Shown: in pieces, positions 1 to 9,876 of the stretch | How the letters are laid out: each line of letters begins with the position of its first letter | Position numbering within the stretch: position 1 is the first letter of the stretch | NCBI GenBank assembly: GCA_942492765.1 | Contig: OW818634.1 | Location: 793,159 to 857,158, forward strand | Direction of reading: 5' to 3' | Origin: an uncultured bacterium | Lineage (GTDB): Bacteria > Patescibacteriota > Patescibacteriia > Patescibacteriales > UBA12465 | DNA length: 64,000 nucleotides | The notes under the pieces: model-generated | What the model was told of the DNA's origin: nothing | What the model saw: only the letters and a program-made list of their open reading frames with translations | The model's database searches: none | Position numbers and translations under genes: made by a program

Positions 1-2
1 AG

Positions 3-98
3 ATCGATAAGGCGCTAGCTTTTGGATTAGAAGGAAATTTGGTTCTTGATACTTTAAAAAAGCGGAAAGACAAAATAAAAAAGGCTAGTTTAGTCTAG
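3..98 (+). CDS. 3' end of an unidentified CDS entering from upstream of the window
   Basis: Open frame from window edge (...IDKALAFGLEGNLVLDTLKKRKDKIKKASLV*), TAG at 96-98 inside a terminator hairpin; too short to name. Confidence 0.3.
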   Translation: MDKALAFGLEGNLVLDTLKKRKDKIKKASLV

Positions 99-104
99 CC
101 TTTT
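81..104 (+). terminator. Rho-independent terminator
   Basis: aaggctag / ctagcctt 8-bp stem, 6-nt loop, followed by TTTT. Confidence 0.55.
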
Positions 105-357
105 CGCTGGGGTCCTCTGTCCCTTTTTAGCTCGTTGTGTTAGGTGATTGGCATCTTTTCGGTTACAGCAGATACTAACATAGCACTAGCAGACATATGG
201 CCGTTAGCATTGCTTAGATTTGTTACGTTGCCTTGTCCGGGCGGTTTCTGCATCAGAAGTTTTTTCATGGCGTCTCGATTTTAGTGGGACATTTGTTGAA
301 AAGAACTAAAAGTGTAAATCTAAAACTTGTATAGTAATTATAGCATAATATTCCCAT

Positions 358-1314
358 ATGGCAATAAAAATTATCCATAATCATAAACCTCGGGTTTTGG
401 CAATTTTGGGCACTACTTCGGCCGGAAAGACCGGCTTGGCGGTAAAATTAGCCGCTAGGTTAGACGGTGAAATAGTTAGCGCTGATAGCCGCCAGGTCTA
501 TAGGGGTTTAGATATTGGCACTGGTAAAGACCTGGCTGAGTATAAGGTCGGGCGCAAGATTATTCCGTATCACCTGATCGATGTCGTTTCGCCTAAGATC
601 CAATTTGATCTGGCTAAGTTTCAGAAACTGGCATACAAAGCTATTGATGATATCCTGCGCCGTGGCAAGCTGCCGATAGTCGTCGGCGGCAGCGGCCTGT
701 ATCTGCAGGCGCTCATAGATAATTATGACTTGTCGCACGTCCAGGCAAAATCAGAGAACCGGGACAAATGGGAGAAGATGGGCGCTGATAAGCTGTTCGC
801 GCTAGTTGCTAAGAAGAAGCCGGATTTCGCGGCCCATCTTAATAATAGCGACAAGAATAATCCGCGGCGCCTAGCGCGCTATTTAGAGATAATCGAAGCG
901 GAGGGAATAGAAAAAATCGGCAAGCGGGAGAGCCACTATGATTTTTTGATTTTGGGTCTTAATTGGCCGGACAAGATTTTGCGTGAGCGCATCGTTCAGC
1001 GCTTATTGGATCGTTTAGAGAAAGAAGGCTTAGTCGCGGAAGTCAAACGTTTGAATGATGAAGGCGTCTCTTGGGAGCGCTTGCAGGCCTTCGGCTTAGA
1101 GTATAGATTTGTTTCCCGCCATCTCTTAGGTGAGCTGTCATATCAGGAAATGGTAGAAAAATTAAGTACGGCCTTGTATCGCTTTGCTAAGCGCCAGAAG
1201 ACCTGGTTCAGGCGCTGGGAAAAGCAAGGCACGAAAATAAATTGGATAAAAGATATAGCCGGAGCGGAGAAAAAGATTGGGAAGTGGAAGCCAGTAAAAA
1301 AAGACCCGTCTTAA
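358..1314 (+). CDS. miaA: tRNA dimethylallyltransferase
   Basis: P-loop GTTSAGKT, then SADSRQVYRGLDIGTGK and YLQAL motifs typical of MiaA; 318 aa. Confidence 0.93.
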   Translation: MAIKIIHNHKPRVLAILGTTSAGKTGLAVKLAARLDGEIVSADSRQVYRGLDIGTGKDLAEYKVGRKIIPYHLIDVVSPKIQFDLAKFQKLAYKAIDDILRRGKLPIVVGGSGLYLQALIDNYDLSHVQAKSENRDKWEKMGADKLFALVAKKKPDFAAHLNNSDKNNPRRLARYLEIIEAEGIEKIGKRESHYDFLILGLNWPDKILRERIVQRLLDRLEKEGLVAEVKRLNDEGVSWERLQAFGLEYRFVSRHLLGELSYQEMVEKLSTALYRFAKRQKTWFRRWEKQGTKINWIKDIAGAEKKIGKWKPVKKDPS

Positions 1315-1328
1315 AACGGGTCTTTTTT
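1299..1328. terminator. Bidirectional terminator between convergent miaA and gatB
   Basis: aagacccgt / acgggtctt stem flanked by A-run and T-run; overlaps miaA stop codon. Confidence 0.7.
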
Positions 1329-1340
1329 ATTTGATTATTC

Positions 1341-2867
1341 TTATCTACTCAACATTTTTTCTAATATCTCTTTCGCCATTGTCGGGTTCGCCTTGCCGCC
1401 GGTTTCGGCCATAAGTTTTCCGAGCAAGAATTGGATGACGTTGGTCTTGCCGTTCTTATATTGCGCGACTTGATCAGGATTGGCAGCCAAGACCTTATCG
1501 GCCGCTTTCTCTAATTCAGCGCTATCATCCAGCTGTTCTAGCCCGGCATCGCGCATGATATCGGTCGGATCGCCGCCATTTTGATACATTTTTTCTAAAA
1601 TGGTTTGCCCAACGGTAGAATTTATTTTTCCTTGATAGATCAGGCAGGTCAGTTCGGCGAAGTTCTCCGCTGTCAGTCTTAGGTCGCCAATTTTTCTATT
1701 ATCAGCGTTCAGATGCTTCAAGAGCGGGCCGCTGATAAGATTGGCCGCGGCTTTGGCTAAGCGCCTTTCCTGGCGCGCCTCACTGTCGCCATTCGCTTCT
1801 ATCCAGGCATCAAGCTCGGAAATGACATTCTCGGTCCAATCGGCCAGATCCTTGTCTGCGGTTAAAACTTCGGCTATCTCAGGCGTGAATTTATATTCGA
1901 AGATGAAGCGTTGTCTCTTGGCAAGCGGCATTTCCGGCAATTCGACGGATAATCGCTCCAACCAGTCTTCGCCGATCTTTAGCGGAGGGATATCTGGTTC
2001 AGGGAAATAGCGGTAATCAGCCGCGCTTTCTTTGACGCGCTGGCTGACAGTTGCAGCCTTGTTTTCGTCCCAGCCGCGGGTCTCGGCGCTGATCTTCTCG
2101 CCTTTTTCTAAAGCTTCGGTCTGGCGCTTGATTTCGAAATTGATCGCTTTCTCGACGGCGCGGAAAGAATTTATATTCTTCACTTCTACTTTCGGGTTGA
2201 GCTCGTAGCGTCCGCCGAATAAGCCTTTCTTTTTCGGCAATATCTTTCCATCTTTATATTCCCAGGTTCCAGCTTTCTGGACGCTGACATTCGCCTCACA
2301 GCGCATCTCGCCTTTTTCCATGTCGGCGCCGCTGACTCCTAAATAGCGCAGCGTCTGCTGGTAGGCTTGGCAGAATTTCTTAGCTTGCTCAGCGCTCTTG
2401 ATAACCGGCTCGGTTACGAGCTCCATCAGAGGCGTGCCGGCGCGATTGAAATCCAATAAGGTATAATCCGACTCTTTCTTGTGGGATGATTTTCCCGTAT
2501 CTTCTTCAAGATGGATGCGGGTGATGAGGATCTTGTCGCCATCTATCTCCAGATATCCTTCGGAAGAGAGAGGCTGGTCGTATTGGGATATCTGATATCC
2601 TTTCGGGAGATCAGGATAGAAATAATTTTTACGGTCGAACTTGGAGGAGCGGCCGATCTTGCCGTGGAGAGCCAGGCCGGTGAGGATAGTCCAGTCGATG
2701 GCTTGCTTATTAGGAACAGGCAGAGTGCCAGGATGGCCGAGGCAGATCGGGCAGACGTTCGTATTTGGCGCTTTGCCGTTAGCATCGTTATCGCAAGAGC
2801 AGAACATCTTGCTCTTAGTCTTCAGTTCGGCATGGATTTCCAGGCCGATGATAGCGTCGTATTTCAT
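1341..2867 (-). CDS. gatB: Asp/Glu-tRNA(Asn/Gln) amidotransferase subunit B
   Basis: N-terminal YDAIIGLEIHAEL...KMFCSC, DLPKGYQISQYD, NRAGTPLMELVTEP; full-length GatB-like, 508 aa. Confidence 0.95.
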   Translation of the reverse strand: MKYDAIIGLEIHAELKTKSKMFCSCDNDANGKAPNTNVCPICLGHPGTLPVPNKQAIDWTILTGLALHGKIGRSSKFDRKNYFYPDLPKGYQISQYDQPLSSEGYLEIDGDKILITRIHLEEDTGKSSHKKESDYTLLDFNRAGTPLMELVTEPVIKSAEQAKKFCQAYQQTLRYLGVSGADMEKGEMRCEANVSVQKAGTWEYKDGKILPKKKGLFGGRYELNPKVEVKNINSFRAVEKAINFEIKRQTEALEKGEKISAETRGWDENKAATVSQRVKESAADYRYFPEPDIPPLKIGEDWLERLSVELPEMPLAKRQRFIFEYKFTPEIAEVLTADKDLADWTENVISELDAWIEANGDSEARQERRLAKAAANLISGPLLKHLNADNRKIGDLRLTAENFAELTCLIYQGKINSTVGQTILEKMYQNGGDPTDIMRDAGLEQLDDSAELEKAADKVLAANPDQVAQYKNGKTNVIQFLLGKLMAETGGKANPTMAKEILEKMLSR

Positions 2868-2879
2868 ATTTTTCGCTTA

Positions 2880-4142
2880 TTAGAACTGTCCTGAACTGCC
2901 GAAGCCGTTGGCTTGGCGCTCGGTCTCATCGACGATCTTTTCTTCGCTTATCTCTAAATCTAGGATAGGCTGGATAAGTATCTGGGCGATTTTTTGGCCG
3001 GGAACGATATTGAGCATCTCTTCGCTGAGATTCTTGACGATGATCTTGATCTCGCCGCGGTAATTAGAATCGATAACGCCGCCCATAGTCTTGATGCCGC
3101 GGAAAGCGACGCCGCTCTTATCCCAGATCAGGCCGGCGTAGCCGGCAGGAATTATCATCCTCACTCCGCTCACTACCAGGTCTTGGCCGTAAGGAGGAAT
3201 GGAGTAGAAATCATTAGCGTATAGATCATAGCCAGCGTCGCCAGGATGCGCTTTTTGTGGCAGCTTGGCCTGCGGATTTATCTTTTCGATTATAAGCTTG
3301 ATCGGAGTCTTGCTTTCTGGATTGATATTTTTTTCTTCCGCCGGTTGCTTGGCAGAAGCTTCATGTTTTTCAAAAATTATCTCCCGATTGTTGACGATCT
3401 GACGGTTGGAGCCGATAATATTGCTGATCGCCTGGAAATCATTATTCTTCTTATTATCGCCGGCGATAATCTTCTTGACCGAGGGCCAGACTAGCGTACT
3501 GATATCTTCTCGGCTCAGAATCTCGCTATTGCGCGTGCAGCTGATGAGTTTGAAATCCGGAAAGCTATTAGCGATTTCCAGATAGATGCGTTCTGCTTTC
3601 TTCAAGTGATCCAGATTGTCTTCATGGATATCATTCTTTTTTCCGGCCCAGTCTTCACGGGCGCGCGCTTTAGCCAGTTTTTGGGATATCTCTGATTCGA
3701 CATGCAAGATAATCGACAAGTCGGGGCGAGGAATCTCAAAAATCTTATATTCCAAGTCATATAGCCAATTGAAGAACACCTTCCGTTCTAATGGATTCTC
3801 GATCTTGCAGCCCTGATGGCCCATGTTAGCGCTAGTGTAGCGGTTAGCGAGGACAATCTTGCCCTCTTTGAGCCATTCCCGGATCTTGAAGCTGGCGTCA
3901 TAACGGTCGACGGCGTAGAAGATCGAGGCTTTGTAAGAATTGACCTCGTCCGCCTGTCCGTATTTCCCGGAGAGATACTCTTCTACCAGTCCAGCCGACT
4001 TGGTATTGTATTGAGGAAAATCAGCGATAGCCACGACATAACCCTCCGCTTCTAGGCGGGTTTTAAGCAATTCCAGCTGCGTGGTTTTTCCGCTGCCGTC
4101 GGTGCCGTCGATGACGATGAATTTTCCTGAAATCTCTTGCAT
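2880..4142 (-). CDS. tmk/dut: Thymidylate kinase fused to dUTP diphosphatase (Tmk-Dut fusion)
   Basis: N-terminal half has Tmk P-loop FIVIDGTDGSGKTTQ and DRY motif. C-terminal ~135 aa has dUTPase motifs DAGYDLYA, GVIDSNYRGE, NGFGSSG. A ~70-aa linker joins them in one uninterrupted frame. Confidence 0.9.
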   Translation of the reverse strand: MQEISGKFIVIDGTDGSGKTTQLELLKTRLEAEGYVVAIADFPQYNTKSAGLVEEYLSGKYGQADEVNSYKASIFYAVDRYDASFKIREWLKEGKIVLANRYTSANMGHQGCKIENPLERKVFFNWLYDLEYKIFEIPRPDLSIILHVESEISQKLAKARAREDWAGKKNDIHEDNLDHLKKAERIYLEIANSFPDFKLISCTRNSEILSREDISTLVWPSVKKIIAGDNKKNNDFQAISNIIGSNRQIVNNREIIFEKHEASAKQPAEEKNINPESKTPIKLIIEKINPQAKLPQKAHPGDAGYDLYANDFYSIPPYGQDLVVSGVRMIIPAGYAGLIWDKSGVAFRGIKTMGGVIDSNYRGEIKIIVKNLSEEMLNIVPGQKIAQILIQPILDLEISEEKIVDETERQANGFGSSGQF

Positions 4143-4152
4143 AGCTTATAGA

Positions 4153-4713
4153 TTAGGCTGATTTTTTGATGGTGTCGATGATCTTATCTATCTGAGCGTA
4201 TAATTCTTCTTTAGTGCCATTATTGTCTATCTGATATTTAGCTGTCGCCATGACCGTCGGAATTTCTTGTTCAGCCTCGCGGCTGTTGTCAGCTATGAAT
4301 TCTTCGAAGGTCTTGGTGGCGTCGTCTTCGTTCTCGCGGCGCTTAGTCAGGCGCTCGTAGCGGGTGGGCAGGTCGACGTTCAGACTGATAAGATAGAATC
4401 CCGGGACATCCTTCAGGGAAGATATGTCTGGCAGGCGGCGGATGCCTTCGACGATTATTATTTCATGATCATCATTCTTGACGTCTTCAGCGATGACGCG
4501 GGCGAGCGTATCGCTGCCGAAGCGGGTTCTCAGGTCTAATGACAGGTTCTGCATGTTCTCTCTGGTGATCGGTAAGTACAGGCGGTTTAAGATATCGCGG
4601 AGCATCGTGGAATAGCGATGGCCGCTAGCGCCATATTTTTCCATGACATAAGTCTTACAGGTATCTTTGCCGCTGACCATGAGGCCGCTGAAACCGAGGA
4701 TGATTTTTGACAT
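4153..4713 (-). CDS. P-loop nucleotide kinase, dNMP-kinase-like
   Basis: N-terminal KIILGFSGLMVSGKDT resembles the phage T4 gp1-type dNMP kinase P-loop (LSGVKRSGKDT); sits inside the dTTP-synthesis operon. Confidence 0.55.
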   Translation of the reverse strand: MSKIILGFSGLMVSGKDTCKTYVMEKYGASGHRYSTMLRDILNRLYLPITRENMQNLSLDLRTRFGSDTLARVIAEDVKNDDHEIIIVEGIRRLPDISSLKDVPGFYLISLNVDLPTRYERLTKRRENEDDATKTFEEFIADNSREAEQEIPTVMATAKYQIDNNGTKEELYAQIDKIIDTIKKSA

Positions 4714-4716
4714 AGT

Positions 4717-5217
4717 TTAGTAGATGACCCGATAATGCAGCATCAGGGTATCGTCGTTTAGGTTTTTAATTTCTAATAATTTTAAATTAGCGTCTAAATC
4801 ACGGTTGAACAAGGAAAGCCCGGAGCCGAATATCTTTGGTTCAACTGTCAGGATAATTTCGGAAATCAGCTTTTTTTCTAAGAAAAGTGAATTAAGGAAT
4901 GAGCCGCCGCCCAGGAGGGCTGATTTATAGCCGAGAGCTTCTAATTCTTCCAGAACTTTTTCTGGCTCCCCTTTGACCCATTTCACCCCCTCAATCGGTT
5001 CATGTTCCATTTCGGAAAAGACGACATTCAGGCGATTTTTCAGGGGGGCGGGGAAGGTCTTGAAGGTGTTTTCGCCCATCATGATTACGCCGTGAGCTTT
5101 AGAAATCTCCACGAAGAGCTTTTTATCTTCGCGGCTGGTCCAATCGGCGAACTGCGTCTTGTCTTTGGCAATCTTGCCGTCAACGGTCATCGCCATCATC
5201 ATGGTGACTGGGATCAT
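4717..5217 (-). CDS. Dihydrofolate reductase-like protein (RibD C-terminal domain family)
   Basis: MAMTVDGKIA...MGENTF...LLGGGSFLN pattern of RibD_C/DHFR-fold reductases; directly downstream of thyA. Confidence 0.6.
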   Translation of the reverse strand: MIPVTMMMAMTVDGKIAKDKTQFADWTSREDKKLFVEISKAHGVIMMGENTFKTFPAPLKNRLNVVFSEMEHEPIEGVKWVKGEPEKVLEELEALGYKSALLGGGSFLNSLFLEKKLISEIILTVEPKIFGSGLSLFNRDLDANLKLLEIKNLNDDTLMLHYRVIY

Positions 5218-5235
5218 GTCTTTGTGAGTTAGTGA

Positions 5236-6051
5236 TTAAATCGCTATCGGCGCTTTTATGCCTGGCTCCGGATCATAGCCTTCCAGGGTAAAATCTTCAT
5301 ACTTGAAGCCGAAGATATCTTTAACTTGCGGGTTGATGATCATTTTCGGCAAAGCTTTTGGAGTACGGGCAAGCTGAGTCTGAACCTGTTCGAAATGGTT
5401 ATTATAGATATGGAGATCGCCGAAGGTATGGACGAATTCCCCGAGCTTGAGGTCGCAGACCTGAGCAATCATCATGGTTAGGAGCGCGTAGGAAGCGATA
5501 TTGAAAGGAACGCCTAGGAATAGGTCGGCGCTACGCTGGTATAATTGGCAGGATAATCTATTATCATGAGAAACATAGAATTGGAACATGGTGTGGCATG
5601 GCGGCGGTGCGGTTTTTTTGCCGCTGATGAGATTGCGCAGGTCGCCGACGTTCCAGCCGCTGATGATAATGCGGCGCGAGGTCGGATTATGCTTCAAAGT
5701 TTCAACTGTTTCAGCGATCTGATTTATTTTAGTGCCGTCTTTTGCTTCCCAGGCAGTCCATTGCTTGCCGTATATCGGTCCGAGGTCGCCGTTCTCGTCG
5801 GCCCATTCATCCCAGATGGTCACGCCGTTGTCATTCAGGTATTTTATATTAGTATCCCCTTTCAAGAACCATAGCAATTCATAGATGATAGATTTCAGAT
5901 GGACCTTCTTGGTCGTGAGTAAAGGGAAGCCTTCGTTCAGGTCATAGTGAACCTGGCGGCCGAAGACGCTTCTTGTCCCGGTTCCGGTTCGGTCGTCTTT
6001 GCTTTTTCCGTTTTCCCAGACATCTTTTAAGAGATCAAGATACTTTTTCAT
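5236..6051 (-). CDS. thyA: Thymidylate synthase (ThyA type)
   Basis: [32 protein letters not shown] motifs. Confidence 0.95.
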   Translation of the reverse strand: MKKYLDLLKDVWENGKSKDDRTGTGTRSVFGRQVHYDLNEGFPLLTTKKVHLKSIIYELLWFLKGDTNIKYLNDNGVTIWDEWADENGDLGPIYGKQWTAWEAKDGTKINQIAETVETLKHNPTSRRIIISGWNVGDLRNLISGKKTAPPPCHTMFQFYVSHDNRLSCQLYQRSADLFLGVPFNIASYALLTMMIAQVCDLKLGEFVHTFGDLHIYNNHFEQVQTQLARTPKALPKMIINPQVKDIFGFKYEDFTLEGYDPEPGIKAPIAI

Positions 6052-6065
6052 ATTTTTTTTTATGA

Positions 6066-6575
6066 TTATTGATCTTCGTATTTAGTCATCTCGTCATGCA
6101 CTAAAGAGTATTCGACTCCCGTTTCTTTAAAGATCTCTTTAGTCCTTTGTCCAGCGTGATAATCTTTGGCGCAGACAACGCGCTTGATTCCGGAATTGAT
6201 CAGCATCTTGGCGCAGGTATAGCAGGGAGTCATCTGGCAGTATAAAGTTCCGCCCTCTAAGCTGATTCCCATTCTGGCGGCCTCGCAGATCGCGTTTTGT
6301 TCGGCATGAGTAGTGCGGATGCAATGACGGCTTTGAGTAGCGTCTTCGTTAATTACCGTATGCATTTCGTGGCCGACTTCATCGCAGGTAGCCGCGCCAG
6401 CCGGAGCGCCATTATAGCCGGTGACGACTATGCGTTTATTGCGTGTGACGACACAGCCGCCGCGAAAGCGATCGCAATTGCCGCGCGTGCCAACCATCTC
6501 CACGATTTTCATGAAATATTCATCCCATGAAGGGCGTCGGTAAACCTCTTTTTTAACCTCATTTTCCCCGGCCAT
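6066..6575 (-). CDS. dCMP deaminase (cytidine/deoxycytidylate deaminase family)
   Basis: Zinc motifs HAEQNA and [18 protein letters not shown]. Confidence 0.9.
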   Translation of the reverse strand: MAGENEVKKEVYRRPSWDEYFMKIVEMVGTRGNCDRFRGGCVVTRNKRIVVTGYNGAPAGAATCDEVGHEMHTVINEDATQSRHCIRTTHAEQNAICEAARMGISLEGGTLYCQMTPCYTCAKMLINSGIKRVVCAKDYHAGQRTKEIFKETGVEYSLVHDEMTKYEDQ

Positions 6576-6746
6576 AAGATTAAAGTTTAATTGTTTAAAA
6601 GCACTATTATTTTAACCTATTATTTAAATAAAATAAATCTTGACAGATGTGTTTTTCTATTTCCGCACGGGCTTTTAAAAACCATAAAAAGAGGTTAAAC
6701 TATAGGTATATTCTAAGCGTTTTCATATTGACTATAAACTGTAGAT

Positions 6747-7013
6747 ATGTTAGAAAAATATAGTAAAAATTTGGCTGATAATAAAGAAATTTATTTAAGA
6801 ATCAAGGTTCTGGCTGGAGCTGGAAAAACCGGCTTTGTGGAAGAAATGGCCGATGGGACGCTAAAAATTGCAGTAGCGGCCGCGCCAGAGAAAGGAAAAG
6901 CCAATTTAGAACTTATAAAGTATTTAGCCAAGGAGCTGGGAGCTGCTAAGAGTAATATTAAAATCATCAGCGGCGCCGGTGAAAGGCTGAAGCTTATCAA
7001 AGCTATCCGTTAA
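6747..7013 (+). CDS. DUF167 (YggU-like) family protein
   Basis: 88 aa with LKIAVAAAPEKGKAN..LIKYLAKELG pattern typical of DUF167. Confidence 0.7.
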   Translation: MLEKYSKNLADNKEIYLRIKVLAGAGKTGFVEEMADGTLKIAVAAAPEKGKANLELIKYLAKELGAAKSNIKIISGAGERLKLIKAIR

Positions 7014-7029
7014 TAAGATTATCGGTCAT

Positions 7030-7887
7030 ATGGATCTATCAATAATCATCGTTTCCTGGAACGTCAAAGACAAATTAAAAGAGAATCTGGCCGCCTTATA
7101 TAAATCGGAAGGCGATTTTAAATTTGAAGTCTTTGTCGTCGATAATAATTCCGGCGACGGCAGCGCGGCTATGGTCGCGGCCGAATTTCCGAATGTTCGG
7201 TTGATAGCTAATTCAGAAAATTTAGGCTTTGCTAAGGCGAATAATCAGGCCATTAATCTGGCGAGCGGAAGATATGTCCTTCTTTTGAATCCAGATATGC
7301 GCGTTCGCCTGGATACTTTGAAGAATATCTTAGTTTGGGCGGGAAATAATAGCCAAGCGACTGTCTGCGGCTGCAAGCTGGTTGATGAAAAGGGAAATAT
7401 TATTCCGCAAGTTCGCCGCTTTCCAAAGCTCTGGGATCAGTTAATGATCGTTTTGAAAGTGCCACATATTTTTTCAAGTGTCGTGAATGGATATTTAGAA
7501 TCCGGATTCGATTATAGTCGGGCTGCCAAAGTCGATTCTATCCGGGGCGCTTTTTTCTTGATCAATCGCGAGCAATATAAAAAAATCAGTGGCCTGGATA
7601 AGCCGTTTCTAGATGAGCGTTATTTTATCTGGTTCGAGGAAGTTGATTTCTGCCGCGAAGTCTATAAGTTGGGCGGCGAAGTCTGGTATACGCCGGCGGC
7701 AGAATGCCTAGATTATGTCGGCGCGAGTTTTAGTCAGGTGAAATTAGGCCAGAAGCAAAAATATGTGAGCGAATCAATGCTGAAATATTTTAAGAAATGG
7801 GAGAAAAGGTGGAAACACGCAGTTTTAAAAATAGCTTGGAAAATAATGGAAGCTCCGATCGCGCTCATGAGGATTTTTGTAAAATAA
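7030..7887 (+). CDS. Family 2 glycosyltransferase
   Basis: MDLSIIIVSWN, VVDNNSGDGS, NLGFAKANN, LLNPD, FEEVDFC (GT-A fold, DxD-type). Confidence 0.85.
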   Translation: MDLSIIIVSWNVKDKLKENLAALYKSEGDFKFEVFVVDNNSGDGSAAMVAAEFPNVRLIANSENLGFAKANNQAINLASGRYVLLLNPDMRVRLDTLKNILVWAGNNSQATVCGCKLVDEKGNIIPQVRRFPKLWDQLMIVLKVPHIFSSVVNGYLESGFDYSRAAKVDSIRGAFFLINREQYKKISGLDKPFLDERYFIWFEEVDFCREVYKLGGEVWYTPAAECLDYVGASFSQVKLGQKQKYVSESMLKYFKKWEKRWKHAVLKIAWKIMEAPIALMRIFVK

Positions 7888-7895
7888 AAATCAAT

Positions 7896-8963
7896 ATGTC
7901 GAAAAAAGTTGGAATCATCTTGATAAATTATAAAGATTACGCGGAGCGCTTCTTGAAGGCCTGCCGCGATTCTTTGCGTCGGCAGGATTATCCCGTGGAG
8001 CTGATGAATATCTATATAGTAGATAACGCCTCGACCGCGGAAACGCTAGAATATTTGCAAACGAATTATCCGGAAGCGCATATCTTGACCCGCCCGGACG
8101 GGAATTATTCAGCCGCCAATAATCTTGGTTTTAATCAGGCGGTAAAAGACGGCTGTGAATATCTGGTCACGGCTAATATGGATACGGAGATGGCGTCGCG
8201 CTGGCTTTCTGAATTAGTCAAAGCTCTTGATGAACATCCGAAGGCCGGTATCGCACAATCTAAGATATTATTATTTCCACGCACTGACGAAGAACGGAAA
8301 AATCCCCGCCTCAATAGCGTCGGTAATATTATCCATTTCCTCGGCTTCGGCTTTACCTCTGGTTATGGTGAGCCTGATAGAGAGATAAGCGGCTACCCCG
8401 AAATAAAAGGCTACGCCAGCGGCTGCTCTTTCATTATTAGATCGGAAGTTTTTAGGAAGATAGGCGGATATAATGAGGAATTCTACATGTATCATGACGA
8501 CGTGGAAGTGAGCTTGAAAGCTAGGTTGGCTGGGTATAAGATAATCTTAGCGCCGCAATCAGTCATCTTTCATAAATATGAATTCTCGCGAAGCGTTCGC
8601 ATGCTCTATTATATGGAACGCAACCGCTACCTGACCCTCATGATCTATTATCCAGCTCGAATTTTTTGGCTCATCGCGCTGCCGCTCGTCTTCATGGATA
8701 TCGCGATGATCTTCTACTCTATCGCCAGCGGCTGGTTCAAGGAAGAATTGAAAATCTGGGGATACTTCGGACGGCTCTCCACTTATTTCAAGATCCGCGC
8801 TGCCAAGAAAGAGATCAAGAAATTCAGCGTCGTCGATTTTTCCGAGATAGCGCGCGATTTCGCCGGGAAAATTGAGTTTCAGGAGATAGCTAATCCGCTT
8901 CTGAAATATATCGCTAACCCGCTGATGAATCTATATTGGAGTTTGGTGAGAAAAATTATTTAA
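7896..8963 (+). CDS. Family 2 glycosyltransferase with C-terminal membrane segments
   Basis: Start moved to the ATG giving MSKKVGIILINY (the track start at 7797 overlaps the previous gene). IVDNAS, HDDVEVSLKARLAGY; hydrophobic C-terminal third. Confidence 0.8.
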   Translation: MSKKVGIILINYKDYAERFLKACRDSLRRQDYPVELMNIYIVDNASTAETLEYLQTNYPEAHILTRPDGNYSAANNLGFNQAVKDGCEYLVTANMDTEMASRWLSELVKALDEHPKAGIAQSKILLFPRTDEERKNPRLNSVGNIIHFLGFGFTSGYGEPDREISGYPEIKGYASGCSFIIRSEVFRKIGGYNEEFYMYHDDVEVSLKARLAGYKIILAPQSVIFHKYEFSRSVRMLYYMERNRYLTLMIYYPARIFWLIALPLVFMDIAMIFYSIASGWFKEELKIWGYFGRLSTYFKIRAAKKEIKKFSVVDFSEIARDFAGKIEFQEIANPLLKYIANPLMNLYWSLVRKII

Positions 8964-8985
8964 TCGAGAATAAATAACGTTCAAT

Positions 8986-9807
8986 ATGGATCTATCAATA
9001 ATTATCGTCAACTATCAGAGCAAAGCCAAGCTGATCAATTGCTTGGAGTCTATCGATCGTGCGGACACGAATGGATTGAAATATGAGATCATCATCGTTG
9101 ATAATGCTTCTGGCGATGACCTGAATGATATCAATATCCGCTGGCCGGAGGCGAAATTTATCATCAGCTCTAAGAATCTCGGCATGGGCGGCGGCAATAA
9201 CCTCGGCATCGAAGCCGCCAGCGCGCCGCGAGTCCTCGTCCTTAATCCCGATACCGTCATCCAGGGCCGGGCTTTGTCTATCCTGTCGGATTACTTGCAG
9301 AATAATCCGAGCGTCGGCCTAGTCGGTCCGAAATTATTATATCCAGACGGATCCCTGCAATCTTCTTGTTCGCGTTTTCCGCGTTTTTTCATGCCTTTCT
9401 TGCGCCGGACTTCCTTGGGGCGCTATTTTAAGAAAGAGCGCGATCTTTTTACCATGAATGATTTTGATCATAACTCTATCGCGCCGGTCGATTGGCTCAT
9501 GGGCTCTTGCATCATGTTTCAGAAAGAACAGCTTCTCTCTGACGGCCAGAGATTTAAGCCGCGCTTTGATGAGCGTTATTTCATGTATTTTGAAGATACT
9601 GACCTGGCTCGCCAATTCTGGTTTAGGGGCTTGAAAGTGGTATATGATCCGGAGGCGGTCGTCATCCACGACCATCAGCGCGAGAGCGCTAAGTACCCCT
9701 GGTATTTAGCTTTATTCCTAGATAAGATGGCTTGGAGGCATATCGACTCCTGGTTGAAATATTTCTTGAAATGGGGCTTCCGGCCCGGAATCAAGAAAGC
9801 TGTTTAA
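8986..9807 (+). CDS. Family 2 glycosyltransferase
   Basis: MDLSIIIVNY, IVDNASGD, NLGMGGGNN, VLNPD, FEDTDLA; paralogue of 7030..7887. Confidence 0.85.
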   Translation: MDLSIIIVNYQSKAKLINCLESIDRADTNGLKYEIIIVDNASGDDLNDINIRWPEAKFIISSKNLGMGGGNNLGIEAASAPRVLVLNPDTVIQGRALSILSDYLQNNPSVGLVGPKLLYPDGSLQSSCSRFPRFFMPFLRRTSLGRYFKKERDLFTMNDFDHNSIAPVDWLMGSCIMFQKEQLLSDGQRFKPRFDERYFMYFEDTDLARQFWFRGLKVVYDPEAVVIHDHQRESAKYPWYLALFLDKMAWRHIDSWLKYFLKWGFRPGIKKAV

Positions 9808-9876
9808 GTTTAGTGAGGACTTGAATCGTGACGCCAAACTGGTAATATATAAGCAGAATAATAAATCATCAATAAT

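Noticed and set aside
140-268. 42-codon minus-strand ORF (MKKLLMQKPPGQGNVTNLSNANGHMSASAMLVSAVTEKMPIT) in the 260-nt gap upstream of miaA; possible small peptide or ncRNA.
   Set aside because: No convincing SD, terminator or motif. I also could not fit the region to SRP, 6S or other familiar RNA signatures by eye. Left unannotated.
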